The notes beneath the pieces are model-generated. The model saw only the letters and a list, made by a program, of their open reading frames with translations. It was not told the DNA's origin and ran no database searches. The translations under genes and the position numbers were made by a program. Positions 1-9,321 of a DNA stretch of 20,000 bases are shown here, piece after piece (position 1 is the first letter of the stretch; each line of letters opens with the position of its first letter). Source of the DNA: an uncultured virus (IMG/VR IMGVR_UViG_3300014043_000005) (Duplodnaviria; Heunggongvirae; Uroviricota; Caudoviricetes); IMG/VR virus record IMGVR_UViG_3300014043_000005; one strand, 5' to 3'.

Positions 1-20
1 ATCAGGTCAAGCATCACGCA

Positions 21-959
21 TCATTCCTTATCATTCATGCTACCATTGTTATCATACTCTATCATATCATTAATCATGGACATTATGAATTCAATCATGC
101 TATTGCATGCTGGACTCCAATCATGCTTTTCCAACAAGTCCTGCGCTTTAATGATTTGCTGACTTATGTTTTCATTGTTCTCATTATGCGCGCATGATAG
201 GAACCAGTTGATTTCATCATGATTATCAGTGATGAGCATGGTTGCCATCATGCTGGTTATTGTGCGGATCCAATCCTCACCGTGTGCTTTCACTGTTTCC
301 ATGTCCATATCATTTTTGATTATCCATTCCGCGTAATAATCCTGTGCTTGTTTGAACGCATTGGAGCCAATGATTCCACGGACATGCCGTTCGGTTTCCG
401 GTTTCACAGTGTCAAGGAAACCATGTTTGCGGATGAATGCAATGGATTCATCAGAATACGGATCGTTAATCATGAGCAGTCTCATGCAATCATTAATGCT
501 CATTGTCCGCATGCATCCACTGTTGCAGATGGCAGTGAAAACATTCTCATTATGAGCGATTGCAATTAGTTTAATCATTGAAATGCATTCATCATGTTTC
601 CATTGTGCGTTCATGAGCTTGCGTCGGATGGCAAGAGTTGCATCATAATCCGGTGTGACACCATGTTGTTTCAAGGATTCCAATATTGTTTTATCATCCA
701 ATGCTATCATGTCATGCGTGTGCGCGTGTGCGTTCATGAGTTCAATGATGCCATCAGTGTTCATGTTCCCGCCATCATGCCATGATTCCCATAGGCATCG
801 TGCTTTCCACAGGTGATGTTCATCCAATGTGAACATTGTTATCAGGATTGATTGCAATAGTTCATCCAGTTCCGGATAATTCTCATGAGCCATTCTATTG
901 ATTGTACTCATGTTGATGGTTTCAGCGCTGGTTTCATCATTCTCACTATTATCAGTCAT
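21..959 (-). CDS. Hypothetical protein (312 aa), probably leaderless transcript
   Basis: Long ORF; extended -10 TGCTATCAT (minus strand, 967-975) lies 7 nt before the ATG; no recognisable domain. Confidence 0.75.
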   Translation of the reverse strand: MTDNSENDETSAETINMSTINRMAHENYPELDELLQSILITMFTLDEHHLWKARCLWESWHDGGNMNTDGIIELMNAHAHTHDMIALDDKTILESLKQHGVTPDYDATLAIRRKLMNAQWKHDECISMIKLIAIAHNENVFTAICNSGCMRTMSINDCMRLLMINDPYSDESIAFIRKHGFLDTVKPETERHVRGIIGSNAFKQAQDYYAEWIIKNDMDMETVKAHGEDWIRTITSMMATMLITDNHDEINWFLSCAHNENNENISQQIIKAQDLLEKHDWSPACNSMIEFIMSMINDMIEYDNNGSMNDKE

Positions 960-1126
960 GATTGCAATGATAGCATGTGTTCACAATTATGGTTATTATT
1001 AATTAATGTTTTGATGGTTAACGCAAACTGGTTCATGATAGCAATGCACGCATAAATGATTATTAATGATAAAATAATTGTAATAATGATTTATTATATT
1101 TTCAGTCAGAATCGGCGTGTCATGAT

Positions 1127-1155
1127 TTGAAAAACATGCTCGCATATGTTATCAT
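1127..1155 (+). promoter_or_regulatory. sigma70-type promoter TTGAAA-17bp-TATCAT with extended TG
   Basis: TTGAAA 1127-1132, TGTTATCAT 1147-1155. Confidence 0.55.
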
Positions 1156-1192
1156 GAACACAGTTGAAAAACACGGGAAGGAAACCGCTATC

Positions 1193-2167
1193 ATGTGGAC
1201 GGATGACAATGAACTCATTGAATGCGACTGGTGCGGTGAATCATTCAATGATTATGAACTCACTGAATGCAAGGAACCCATGTGCAATAAACAGTATTGC
1301 TCGGATTGCATTGAACGGCATTGCCTGCAGTGCGTGTCCTGTGAACGGACTTATTGTCTGGATGAACTCATTGAATGCAGTGAATGCGGCGCGTTTGTAT
1401 GTGAACGCTGCATTGAAAAATGTGAAATCTGCGATGCGTTCCTGTGCCGTTATTGCAATAACGAACATGATTGCGAATACATTGAAACAGTGAAACCGGA
1501 ATATACTGCCACACCGGAGGGTTTTTCAATTGGAGTGGAAATTGAGGTTCCTGGCGTGCATGATCACTGGAGTTTTGCTAACAGCGAACTCATCGCCGGA
1601 TGGGAACATGATGGTTCACTCGGTGACATCGGCGCGATTGAATACCAATCCCAGCCGTTCACATATGATGAGAATGCCATCAATGAACTCACCGGACTCA
1701 TTGATTCAGTGAGACTGGATGTTAATGGGAATCCGAATGACGCTGGCGGTCATATTCATGTTCAGCGCACGCCGCGCCAGAATGCGGATGCGTGGATGGA
1801 AGCATTGCTTGCATTGAATGCGGATGAATGCAATGCGTTCAACATGCGGCATGCTGATTGCGAACGGAATTATTATTGTATGCCGATTCCATCACATACC
1901 GGTAAGCATTGTCTGGTGAATGATGAGCATGAGAACACCATTGAAATCCGTTCATTCGGATGCTGGTGGCATGAATCCAGCGCGTCATTCGCGCCTGCCG
2001 TTGAATGGTTGCATGAAATGTGGGAATGGTTTGAAACGCCTAACCCTGTCATTGGACACAATGGAATCAGGAATCATGATGCCGCGATGCGCGCGATCCG
2101 TGAACATGCGCATGAAACAGCCGAACGCATCTTGAACCCCAAGCCTCCATTAAGGCGACGGGCGTAG
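1193..2167 (+). CDS. Putative amidoligase (COOH-NH2 ligase type 2-like) with N-terminal Cys-rich CxxC repeat region
   Basis: Motifs IGVEIEV, WEHDGSL, IEYQSQP, AGGHIHV and TIEIRSF are typical of phage amidoligase-2 proteins; ~19 Cys in the first ~95 aa. Start moved to ATG 1193 because of the upstream GGAAGG RBS and promoter. Last ~10 codons and the TAG come from an IS remnant. Confidence 0.75.
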   Translation: MWTDDNELIECDWCGESFNDYELTECKEPMCNKQYCSDCIERHCLQCVSCERTYCLDELIECSECGAFVCERCIEKCEICDAFLCRYCNNEHDCEYIETVKPEYTATPEGFSIGVEIEVPGVHDHWSFANSELIAGWEHDGSLGDIGAIEYQSQPFTYDENAINELTGLIDSVRLDVNGNPNDAGGHIHVQRTPRQNADAWMEALLALNADECNAFNMRHADCERNYYCMPIPSHTGKHCLVNDEHENTIEIRSFGCWWHESSASFAPAVEWLHEMWEWFETPNPVIGHNGIRNHDAAMRAIREHAHETAERILNPKPPLRRRA

Positions 2168-2201
2168 GAATCCCCAGCCTTCAGGCAGGGGAGGAAGTCA
2201 A
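2134..2201 (+). mobile_element. Orphan IS200/IS605 right end / TnpB omegaRNA 3' remnant
   Basis: 61/68 nt identical to 19189-19256; GGAATCCCC..hairpin..GGGGAGGAAGTCAA terminus resembles the end of the tnpB element at 5559. Confidence 0.8.
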
Positions 2202-2484
2202 TAGAACCTATGTCCGGCATGGCGATGTTTGAAAACAGTGAACGTTTTAATGATGCGTTTCCCTGATTATTCTCACTGGATGCTTATGATATGCGACAAG
2301 TGTCAACATGATTCCAATGATGAAACCAATTATGTTCATGTTAATTAAACTTTCTTCCAAAACTTATAATAATAATTATAATCATAGAATATGATTCTTA
2401 ACAGGAATAGTATAATTAATAATGATTATAATGATTTCACGGGATATTCACATTATGGTGATTTTGCAGGAAGGATAAATCATA

Positions 2485-2958
2485 ATGGTTGATTTGATTG
2501 ATTGGAAAACAGCATTGAAAGCGAATCCGGGTGCGTTGGATGGCAAATGGGCGTCATTTGACTCATTCACCGGCCAGCACATGGAAGGCATTGTATTCAC
2601 TGATAACAGGAAGAACCTGCTATTGCAGACAGCGGCGGATGCACCAGCGGATGGCACTGACGATAAACGCCAACCGGGGTTGAACACGAAACCTCATGGC
2701 ATTCCGTTCATGCAGCATCTCGGCGGTACGTTCGTTCCTGATCCCACTGTGTTCACTGCAAGCATCCGTGTCATTGAACCGTTCAGCATGCCTCGCATCC
2801 TGCTATTGGACGGAACTAATCTGAGCGGTGATTTCAAACCTCATGGTGATAATGCGTATGATGTCATCCTGTTGGATGGCAGGAAACTTCTGGTTCCATT
2901 GACGGCAGTGAAATATGTCGTTCAGACGGTATTGGATGAAGGGAATCCTTTCGCATGA
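2485..2958 (+). CDS. Hypothetical protein (157 aa)
   Basis: ORF with GGAAGG RBS; stop overlaps the next start (ATGA). Confidence 0.75.
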   Translation: MVDLIDWKTALKANPGALDGKWASFDSFTGQHMEGIVFTDNRKNLLLQTAADAPADGTDDKRQPGLNTKPHGIPFMQHLGGTFVPDPTVFTASIRVIEPFSMPRILLLDGTNLSGDFKPHGDNAYDVILLDGRKLLVPLTAVKYVVQTVLDEGNPFA

Positions 2959-3530
2959 TTGCATTCATTATCCCGCCATTAATGTTGAAGGAAAACTGGA
3001 CGCCGATTGATGTGTTCGCTGAGGCATTCAAAAACGAATGGTCGTTAACGAATAAACCTGCGTTTTTCATTCTCATTGCCAGCATAGTCTCATTAGCAAC
3101 ATTATATAAACGTGCGAACAGCAAAAAAATCAAGGTGGAATCAAGAAGAACAGCGGCACGCATGCTGAAATGGCTTCTTGTTCCATTGACTATCGCGATT
3201 TTCATCACCGGATGGATTAACCTGACTCATATAGGTAATTTCATACTGGGAATATGCGGTGCGATTGTTCTCGTTTTCATGCTTGGAGCAGTTGCGTCGG
3301 ATTGGGGCAAACCATCGGAACCAGTGAAATATGCGTATCGTGATGGTTATGCCACACGGGAAACTGGACGCATTGTGAACACGTATACAGGGGAAGTCCG
3401 TTACATGAGCGATCTGCATGATGGACGGAAACTTCCATCCGGGTTTGTTATCGCGGATGATTTCACCAAGGTTGATATTGATCCCGGTTTGAAACTGCAT
3501 GATGCGCCATTAAGCAAACGATTCATGTGA
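2955..3530 (+). CDS. Hypothetical membrane protein (191 aa, ~3 TM segments)
   Basis: Hydrophobic stretches (AFFILIASIVSLA, WLLVPLTIAIFITGW, FILGICGAIVLVFMLGAV); translationally coupled to the upstream gene. Confidence 0.75.
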   Translation: MIAFIIPPLMLKENWTPIDVFAEAFKNEWSLTNKPAFFILIASIVSLATLYKRANSKKIKVESRRTAARMLKWLLVPLTIAIFITGWINLTHIGNFILGICGAIVLVFMLGAVASDWGKPSEPVKYAYRDGYATRETGRIVNTYTGEVRYMSDLHDGRKLPSGFVIADDFTKVDIDPGLKLHDAPLSKRFM

Positions 3531-3543
3531 ATAATACTCCTTT

Positions 3544-3600
3544 AACGGGAATGAACACAATGAGAACATGCCGTGTTCATTCCCGTTTTAGTTTTTTTTT
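3544..3600 (+). terminator. Intrinsic terminator
   Basis: Perfect 15-bp stem AACGGGAATGAACAC (3544-3558) / GTGTTCATTCCCGTT (3573-3587) followed by a T run. Confidence 0.8.
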
Positions 3601-3686
3601 CAGATGAACCAGTATGGAATAATTTGAATGATTATGGTTTCCGTGTTGGTTCGCATAATCCGATTATCATAAATGAGCCTCTATCA

Positions 3687-3717
3687 TGCTGTCTCAAAAA
3701 AGAATCGCCGCCGTCAC
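3687..3717. repeat. Outer imperfect inverted repeat (partner 6080-6111)
   Basis: TGCTGTCTCAAAAAAGAATCGCCGCCGTCAC versus the reverse complement of 6080-6111, TGCTGTTTTCAAAATAGAATCGCCTCCGTCAC. Confidence 0.8.
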
Positions 3718-3864
3718 TGGTCGCTCATGTGAATGTCCGTAAGCCTGTAATCATTCCCGTGTCCTGCTGCATGCGTATCCTGCTGCATGCATGTGAACAC
3801 CAGTATCTCTAACCGTTCGAGTCGCGCCGACACATAACCGTGCCCTGATGCTCGCGCCCCCGTA

Positions 3865-3919
3865 TGCTCACCCTGAAACTCACACGGGTACTCCCTGCTT
3901 GCTTTCAGGTGAACCAGGT
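3865..3919. repeat. Left arm of 55-bp perfect inverted repeat
   Basis: Exact reverse complement of 5924-5978. Confidence 0.95.
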
Positions 3920-4116
3920 CAGAATGAGTTTTTGAACAGTATGATTATATAATGATAATCCATGATAATATGATTATATTGCAAACATTAACCTTATGCT
4001 ATTGAAAAATGTTAATCTTTTTTGTTGCAAGCATTGAATACAATCATCATCAGATGCGGTTCCATTATTTAATTATTAGCGCATGTCTTGAACGCATTTG
4101 CAAACATTCAATAACC

Positions 4117-4131
4117 GGTTCACCTGAAAGC
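4117..4131 (+). repeat. Iterated 15-mer GGTTCACCTGAAAGC (also 5612-5626, 5928-5942, inverted 3901-3915)
   Basis: Four exact copies in the non-coding region. Confidence 0.9.
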
Positions 4132-4139
4132 GGACTTAT

Positions 4140-5559
4140 CAAATTATTGTGCTGGAATACCCCTATTTTTAAATATGAGGGATGACAGCGCAATATCTAA
4201 CTAAAAAGTTAAAAAATAACATTTAAAAGTTGCATACTAGTGGGAGAGTGTGATATCATAGTAAGTATGACAACAGCAGGTAATAATATGCAGACTGTCA
4301 GGTATAATTACCGATTGTACCCGACTAAAACTCAAGAGACTGTGTTGAACCGCCTCTTTGGGTGCTGCCGTGTTGTCTATAATGATACTATTGATTTCTT
4401 TAATAATAATTTTAACCCTAATAATCAGAGTAAACTACCAACCGCAGCGAATGCTAGTAAACAAATACTAACAAGTGCTAAGAAAACCGTTAAGAGAGCC
4501 TTTCTGAAGGAAGTCTCCAGTGTCGCACTTCAGCAGGAGTTCCGTAATGCTTGGTTAGCTTGTTTGCATGGTGTAAGTCATACTAGTAATCAGAAACCAG
4601 CAAAGCGTAAGACTAAGAAGCATAATCCAGTGAACTCAGCTAACTTCACTAGTAATGGTTTCAGTATTAACCAGCATGGTGTGTATATATCGAAAATCGG
4701 GGTTATTAAAACCAAGTGGTCACGCCCCATGCCTAGTGAACCAACTAGTTGCACTATTAGTCATGCTAGGAATGGTCGTTGGTATGCTAGTTTTGTTGTT
4801 AAGCGTCCTAAAACACCATTCGCGCAGTGTGATAATAATGCTGGCATTGACATGGGACTCACTGATATGGCTACGATTGTTAATACGAAAGGTGATAGGT
4901 GGAAGATAGCAAACCCGCGTAATTACGCTAAAATACAGGATAAGATTGGTCGTTTACAGCGACACCTTAGTAAGCAGACTAAAGGTTCTAAGAGGTATGA
5001 GCGAACCCGCCATCAGATAGCATTACTCTATTCTAAGGCTCATGATGCCCTTGCTGATTACCAATGGAAGAATGTTCTCAATATCATACGCGAGACCCAA
5101 GCTATTGGTGTTGAGACACTTGACATTAAAAGTATGACTGCTAAGCATGGTAAGAGTGTACGTGATGCTTCTATGCGTTCATTCCTTAATAAACTGGGTT
5201 CTAAGGCTGATGAGCATTGTAGGGTTATTATCCGGCTTAATCAGTGGTTGGTTACGACTAAAGTGTGTGCTCTTTGTAAGCATAAGTTGAAGGTTGGGTT
5301 GCCTGAGTATGCTAGGCATTGGGTGTGCCCGAAGTGTGGGGCTCACCTGGATCGTGATTATAATGCTGCTCTTAATATCCTCGACGCGGCAGGGCTTGCC
5401 GGGTCGTTAAATGCGCGTGGAGGGAGCGTAATATCATTCTTAGCTTCTGCTGAGAATGGCTGCTCTCGTAGAACCGCGTACCACCCTAATTTCTAGTGAT
5501 TAGAGTTCGCTAGTATACGGTTAGGAATCACCCGACTTTAGTCGTGGTGAGGAAGTCAA
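4140..5559 (+). mobile_element. IS200/IS605-family tnpB-only element (IS1341-like)
   Basis: tnpB ORF; left-end hairpin region ~4150-4191; right-end hairpin 5528-5550 ending GGAAGTCAA (5559); composition differs from the flanks; left boundary after TTAT (4136-4139) is inferred. Confidence 0.85.
4267..5496 (+). CDS. tnpB: RNA-guided endonuclease TnpB
   Basis: N-terminal RYNYRLYPT...LFGCCRVVYN; RuvC-I GIDMGL; RuvC-II GVETLD; zinc finger CALC/CPKC; RuvC-III DRDYNAALNI. ATG 4267 lies 7 nt after the promoter TTGCAT(4230)...TGATATCAT(4251-4259), i.e. leaderless. Confidence 0.95.
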   Translation: MTTAGNNMQTVRYNYRLYPTKTQETVLNRLFGCCRVVYNDTIDFFNNNFNPNNQSKLPTAANASKQILTSAKKTVKRAFLKEVSSVALQQEFRNAWLACLHGVSHTSNQKPAKRKTKKHNPVNSANFTSNGFSINQHGVYISKIGVIKTKWSRPMPSEPTSCTISHARNGRWYASFVVKRPKTPFAQCDNNAGIDMGLTDMATIVNTKGDRWKIANPRNYAKIQDKIGRLQRHLSKQTKGSKRYERTRHQIALLYSKAHDALADYQWKNVLNIIRETQAIGVETLDIKSMTAKHGKSVRDASMRSFLNKLGSKADEHCRVIIRLNQWLVTTKVCALCKHKLKVGLPEYARHWVCPKCGAHLDRDYNAALNILDAAGLAGSLNARGGSVISFLASAENGCSRRTAYHPNF

Positions 5560-5579
5560 AATTCATATGGATTAATTTG
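5380..5579 (+). ncRNA. Predicted TnpB omegaRNA (scaffold to 5559, guide from 5560)
   Basis: Known architecture: the omegaRNA overlaps the tnpB 3' end and the right end; 5' boundary is approximate. Confidence 0.6.
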
Positions 5580-5923
5580 AATAACATGTGGCATTATTCA
5601 AATTTCACAGTGGTTCACCTGAAAGCGATACTGCAACAAGCGGATAATTCTGATTGCATTGTTAACATAATCAGTATGATTTTTTCATTGAATTCATGAA
5701 TACGGGAAACCGTGAAAATCGATGCCGTTCACAGAGCGCAGAATAATAGGCTCTGTGGACGGCTGTTTTAACCGGAATCACGGAAAACCCTGTTTTCGAT
5801 GCGTGTCTCATGAAACATATAGAATCGCCGTCAGAATCGAAATAAGAGTTTTTTATGATGTGAAAAATCACCATGAATACTCTGAACAACGCATCATCCT
5901 GAACTCTTGAAAATGGCTTTTTA

Positions 5924-5978
5924 ACCTGGTTCACCTGAAAGCAAGCAGGGAGTACCCGTGTGAGTTTCAGGGTGAGCA
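5924..5978. repeat. Right arm of 55-bp perfect inverted repeat
   Basis: ACCTGGTTCACCTGAAAGCAAGCAGGGAGTACCCGTGTGAGTTTCAGGGTGAGCA = reverse complement of 3865-3919. Confidence 0.95.
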
Positions 5979-6242
5979 ATCAGCGCGACCAGTATGGCTG
6001 GCTCCGACTGGTACAGTGGACAGTATTCATATACGGGCTGGCATCATGCAGGCAACAACGTGATGGATACGGGCAACATGTGACGGAGGCGATTCTATTT
6101 TGAAAACAGCACTTACGATAGATGTGATTTGATGTGGTTTCAGCCCTGCTCTGCTCAGTTTGCATCTATGACGAAAACCGCGTAGTCGTTGCCCTTGCGG
6201 TAGGAACTGCGCATCGTACACGTCGCATTCGGAGCGAATGAC

Positions 6243-6497
6243 ATGACAGCGGAACTATTGGATGGTTTGCTGTCATGTGATTTCGGTGAATGCATGAAAC
6301 CTTGTTCACAGGGCGACATTGGTTATGCGAAGTCACTCATGGGTGTTGCGCGGAATGAATTGAGCATGGATGATTTCCGATTGTTCATTTGGATGCGAAC
6401 AATGAATGCATGTGAGCGGTACGCGCCGGTTTTGCGCGTAATAATATGCTTGCAATGTTTGATGATGCGATGCACAATGAGATTGCTTATATTATGA
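6243..6497 (+). CDS. Hypothetical protein, possibly decayed
   Basis: 84-aa ORF with GGAG upstream; C-terminal part looks out of frame. Confidence 0.35.
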   Translation: MTAELLDGLLSCDFGECMKPCSQGDIGYAKSLMGVARNELSMDDFRLFIWMRTMNACERYAPVLRVIICLQCLMMRCTMRLLIL

Positions 6498-6542
6498 GTC
6501 ATGGTTTGAATGCTTATCGGTTCTCATGCTATCATTGGCTGC

Positions 6543-7421
6543 ATGATATCAAATGATGAAATGCAGGAAATTCGGGATTACATTGACAGTTTGATGCATG
6601 AGCATGGCGGAAACGGGTATTATGATAAGATGTATGCCGTCAGTGAGATTCCCGCGTTTGAAACCATTGTTAATTACAGTAATGCGAACATTGGACTCAT
6701 TCATGAGTATGTGAATGATTATGTGGAAACCGGTAGGGTGAGGTCATTCCTTGCAGGTTCGGACATTTATAATTCAGTGTCATTTTTCAATGAGTTGAAT
6801 ATTTTCATTTATCATCATCATGATTATGATAATCTGGTTCCTAAGAATATTCGTGATGCAATGCGCACATGGACAATGTTATGTGTTCCACATGGTATTA
6901 TGAATGCTAATGGGTTCAAATTGACATCATCTTTTTCATCTATGAGTCAATACATGCATTATCTCATGCGTAAAAATGATATGAATAACAGTGAAATCAG
7001 TCATGCTCTTGCTGACCCGTCATATTATCCGCGTGTCATTCGTGATGAAACCGATGCATTCATTGGGGATGTCATTAACGGGAACCGTCGTAATACTGAA
7101 ACCTTATTGAAATTCATAATGAAATATAATGAACCTGTATCATCATATGATTTGGATACATTGGTTTCAAATGAAACCATTATGAGCATATCATATGACG
7201 ATATGCTTCCCGGTATTCTCATGACTGATAATTGGAATGAACGCCTTGCATTCATGAAAGCATTCAATATTATGAAAACATATGCTGATGTCATAAGTGA
7301 TTTCAATGGGAACATGACATTGAATGATGCGATGCCAGCATTAATAGAAAATATGAATGGAATGCCTTTTGAATACACGTTGGAAATAATGAAAACCGGT
7401 ATGCCTGATTGCGTATCATAA
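6543..7421 (+). CDS. Hypothetical protein (~292 aa), leaderless
   Basis: Long ORF; TTGAAT(6506)...TGCTATCAT(6527-6535) lies 7 nt before ATG 6543. Confidence 0.75.
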   Translation: MISNDEMQEIRDYIDSLMHEHGGNGYYDKMYAVSEIPAFETIVNYSNANIGLIHEYVNDYVETGRVRSFLAGSDIYNSVSFFNELNIFIYHHHDYDNLVPKNIRDAMRTWTMLCVPHGIMNANGFKLTSSFSSMSQYMHYLMRKNDMNNSEISHALADPSYYPRVIRDETDAFIGDVINGNRRNTETLLKFIMKYNEPVSSYDLDTLVSNETIMSISYDDMLPGILMTDNWNERLAFMKAFNIMKTYADVISDFNGNMTLNDAMPALIENMNGMPFEYTLEIMKTGMPDCVS

Positions 7422-7429
7422 TTGATGGC

Positions 7430-7940
7430 ATGCATTCAAATGTTGGCATTATGAATATGGAATTGAAAACAGCTGGTGAACGCGGGATGCCAATGGAATT
7501 GAACGCAATATCGGTGGATGCGCATGATTATGATTTCAAGTATTTGCATGGATTCGTTGATGACTATGAGCATATCTCATACTGGACGCATTGAACCGAG
7601 GAGATTATTGATGAGTCCCATCATCGCGGAATATCATCAGTATGTCATGAATCATGATTAGCGTGAGAATATTGATGACGAATCCGAATTATTTGAAAAC
7701 ATGGAATGGCATTCTGGATGAAAGCAAAATGATTAAATTGGATTATTATAATCATGATTCGATGCGTGCGTTATTGAATCCTATGAACAATCATTGAAAA
7801 CAATGGAATCATAATGCATCAATTCATTGCAGGTACCATTGAATGCTTTATTATTGCGTGATTGCAAACAGGTGATTAATGATTACTCAATGGAATATTG
7901 CACGGGAACAATCGAAAATTATTACTCATTCATGATATTT
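7430..7940 (+). pseudogene. Probable decayed gene
   Basis: Coding-like composition but broken into short frames by TGA/TAA stops and frameshifts. Confidence 0.35.
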
Positions 7941-8121
7941 ATATGCTATCATTGTAGACAAATGAAATCATTCTGAAAGGAACATGATATGACTGTTAAT
8001 ATTATTCTCATGTTCCATGCGTCCCATCATTGAACATGAAACTATTCCATGTGAACAATGATGATAGCATGGAAACAACATGATAACAAGCATTTATTAT
8101 ATTTTTTGATGGGAGTTTAAC

Positions 8122-9264
8122 ATGATTGATTTAACTGATTTGGATACTGGTTTGCGTTCGATGGAAACCAGACTTGATGTGAACGAATTGATTGCACGTA
8201 ATGATGCTATTCGTTCAATGATGGATTCATCGGATTATTGGGTACGGCGTGGTGATGATGCCAGCATGATAGCAAGTGAACTCACACGGAACCAGAAATT
8301 ATTGGATGATTACACTGGTTTGAAAAACGACATCGCTGGTTTGCATGATTACACTGAACTCATGAATGATGATGAACTCACGGATGATGACCGCAATTGT
8401 CTCATTGCGGAACATGATAGGCTCATGAACGCATTGAATGCAATGCGATTGGACATCGCAGTGAGCGGCATTGATTATGCGGACAGGGACGCGATTATCA
8501 CGATTCATGCTGGTTCAGGCGGAACGGAATCGGAAAACTGGTGCTGGATGCTATCACGAATGTATATGCGTTATGTTGAAACCAATGATTACAATTCGGA
8601 CATTGATGATGTCGCTTATGGTGATGGCGGCGCAGGTTATGATTTATTGCGTTCAATCAGCATCCGGATAAGCAAACAGAAGAATCACCATTATGATGGC
8701 ATGTATTCATTTCCATTTGCGTTATTTTCACGGGAAGCGGGACGGCAGAAACTCATCAGAATCTCACCTTTTGACAAGAATCATCGCAGGCAAACCAGCG
8801 TGTGCTCAGTTGATGTGATTCCTGTTTTAGATGAACACATTACAAGCATTAAAGACATTATAATCGATCCGAAAGATTTGAAAACCGATGTGTTCTGCGC
8901 ATCCGGGCCGGGTGGACAATGCGTGAACACTACGTATTCAGCTGTCCGTCTGACGCATATTCCAACTGGTATTGTAGTCAGTCAACAGGATGAACGTGAT
9001 CAGCATCGTAATCGTGAGAAAGCAATGCTTGTATTGAAAACGCGGTTATTATTGTTGAAACAACAGGAACAGAAGGAGAAGCTGAAATCACTGGGCAATG
9101 ATGTTGGTACTACAATGGGTGGAACAATCCGGAATTATGTCCTGTATCCTTATGAACAGGTTAAGGATACACGGACTGGATGCGTTGCAACCAATGTGGA
9201 CATCATGCTGGAAACAGGTGAAGGATTAGATGATTTCCTGCGCACGGAACTATTCGTTTTATAA
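8122..9264 (+). CDS. prfB: Peptide chain release factor 2 homologue
   Basis: AGSGGTES..W..ML.RMY, SPF specificity motif (RISPFDKNHRRQTS), GGQ (SGPGGQCVNTTYSAVRLTHIPTG), C-terminal IRNYVLYPYEQVKDTRTG. Confidence 0.92.
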   Translation: MIDLTDLDTGLRSMETRLDVNELIARNDAIRSMMDSSDYWVRRGDDASMIASELTRNQKLLDDYTGLKNDIAGLHDYTELMNDDELTDDDRNCLIAEHDRLMNALNAMRLDIAVSGIDYADRDAIITIHAGSGGTESENWCWMLSRMYMRYVETNDYNSDIDDVAYGDGGAGYDLLRSISIRISKQKNHHYDGMYSFPFALFSREAGRQKLIRISPFDKNHRRQTSVCSVDVIPVLDEHITSIKDIIIDPKDLKTDVFCASGPGGQCVNTTYSAVRLTHIPTGIVVSQQDERDQHRNREKAMLVLKTRLLLLKQQEQKEKLKSLGNDVGTTMGGTIRNYVLYPYEQVKDTRTGCVATNVDIMLETGEGLDDFLRTELFVL

Positions 9265-9321
9265 TCAATGCATGTGATATTTCCACATTGCGTTCAATGA
9301 GAACAGGAAAGCAGGTGGATT

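Noticed and set aside
3762..3790. TCCTGCTGCATGC duplicated in tandem
   Set aside because: Only two short copies; no function supportable beyond being part of the symmetric region
3865..5978. CRISPR array or composite-transposon terminal inverted repeats
   Set aside because: The repeats are not regularly spaced with unique spacers; IS200/IS605 elements lack TIRs, the element's own ends lie inside the repeats, and no DDE transposase is present
6117..6124. GATAGATG near-match to the GATAGATT box
   Set aside because: One mismatch, and not positioned before a leader-bearing gene
5671..6221. Short ORFs across the repeat region (also 3573-3812)
   Set aside because: They overlap repeats or a terminator, lack RBSs and have atypical composition; probably non-coding
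5980..6240. tRNA or other known structured RNA in the GC-richer stretch
   Set aside because: No cloverleaf or T-loop consensus recognised; a covariance-model search would be needed
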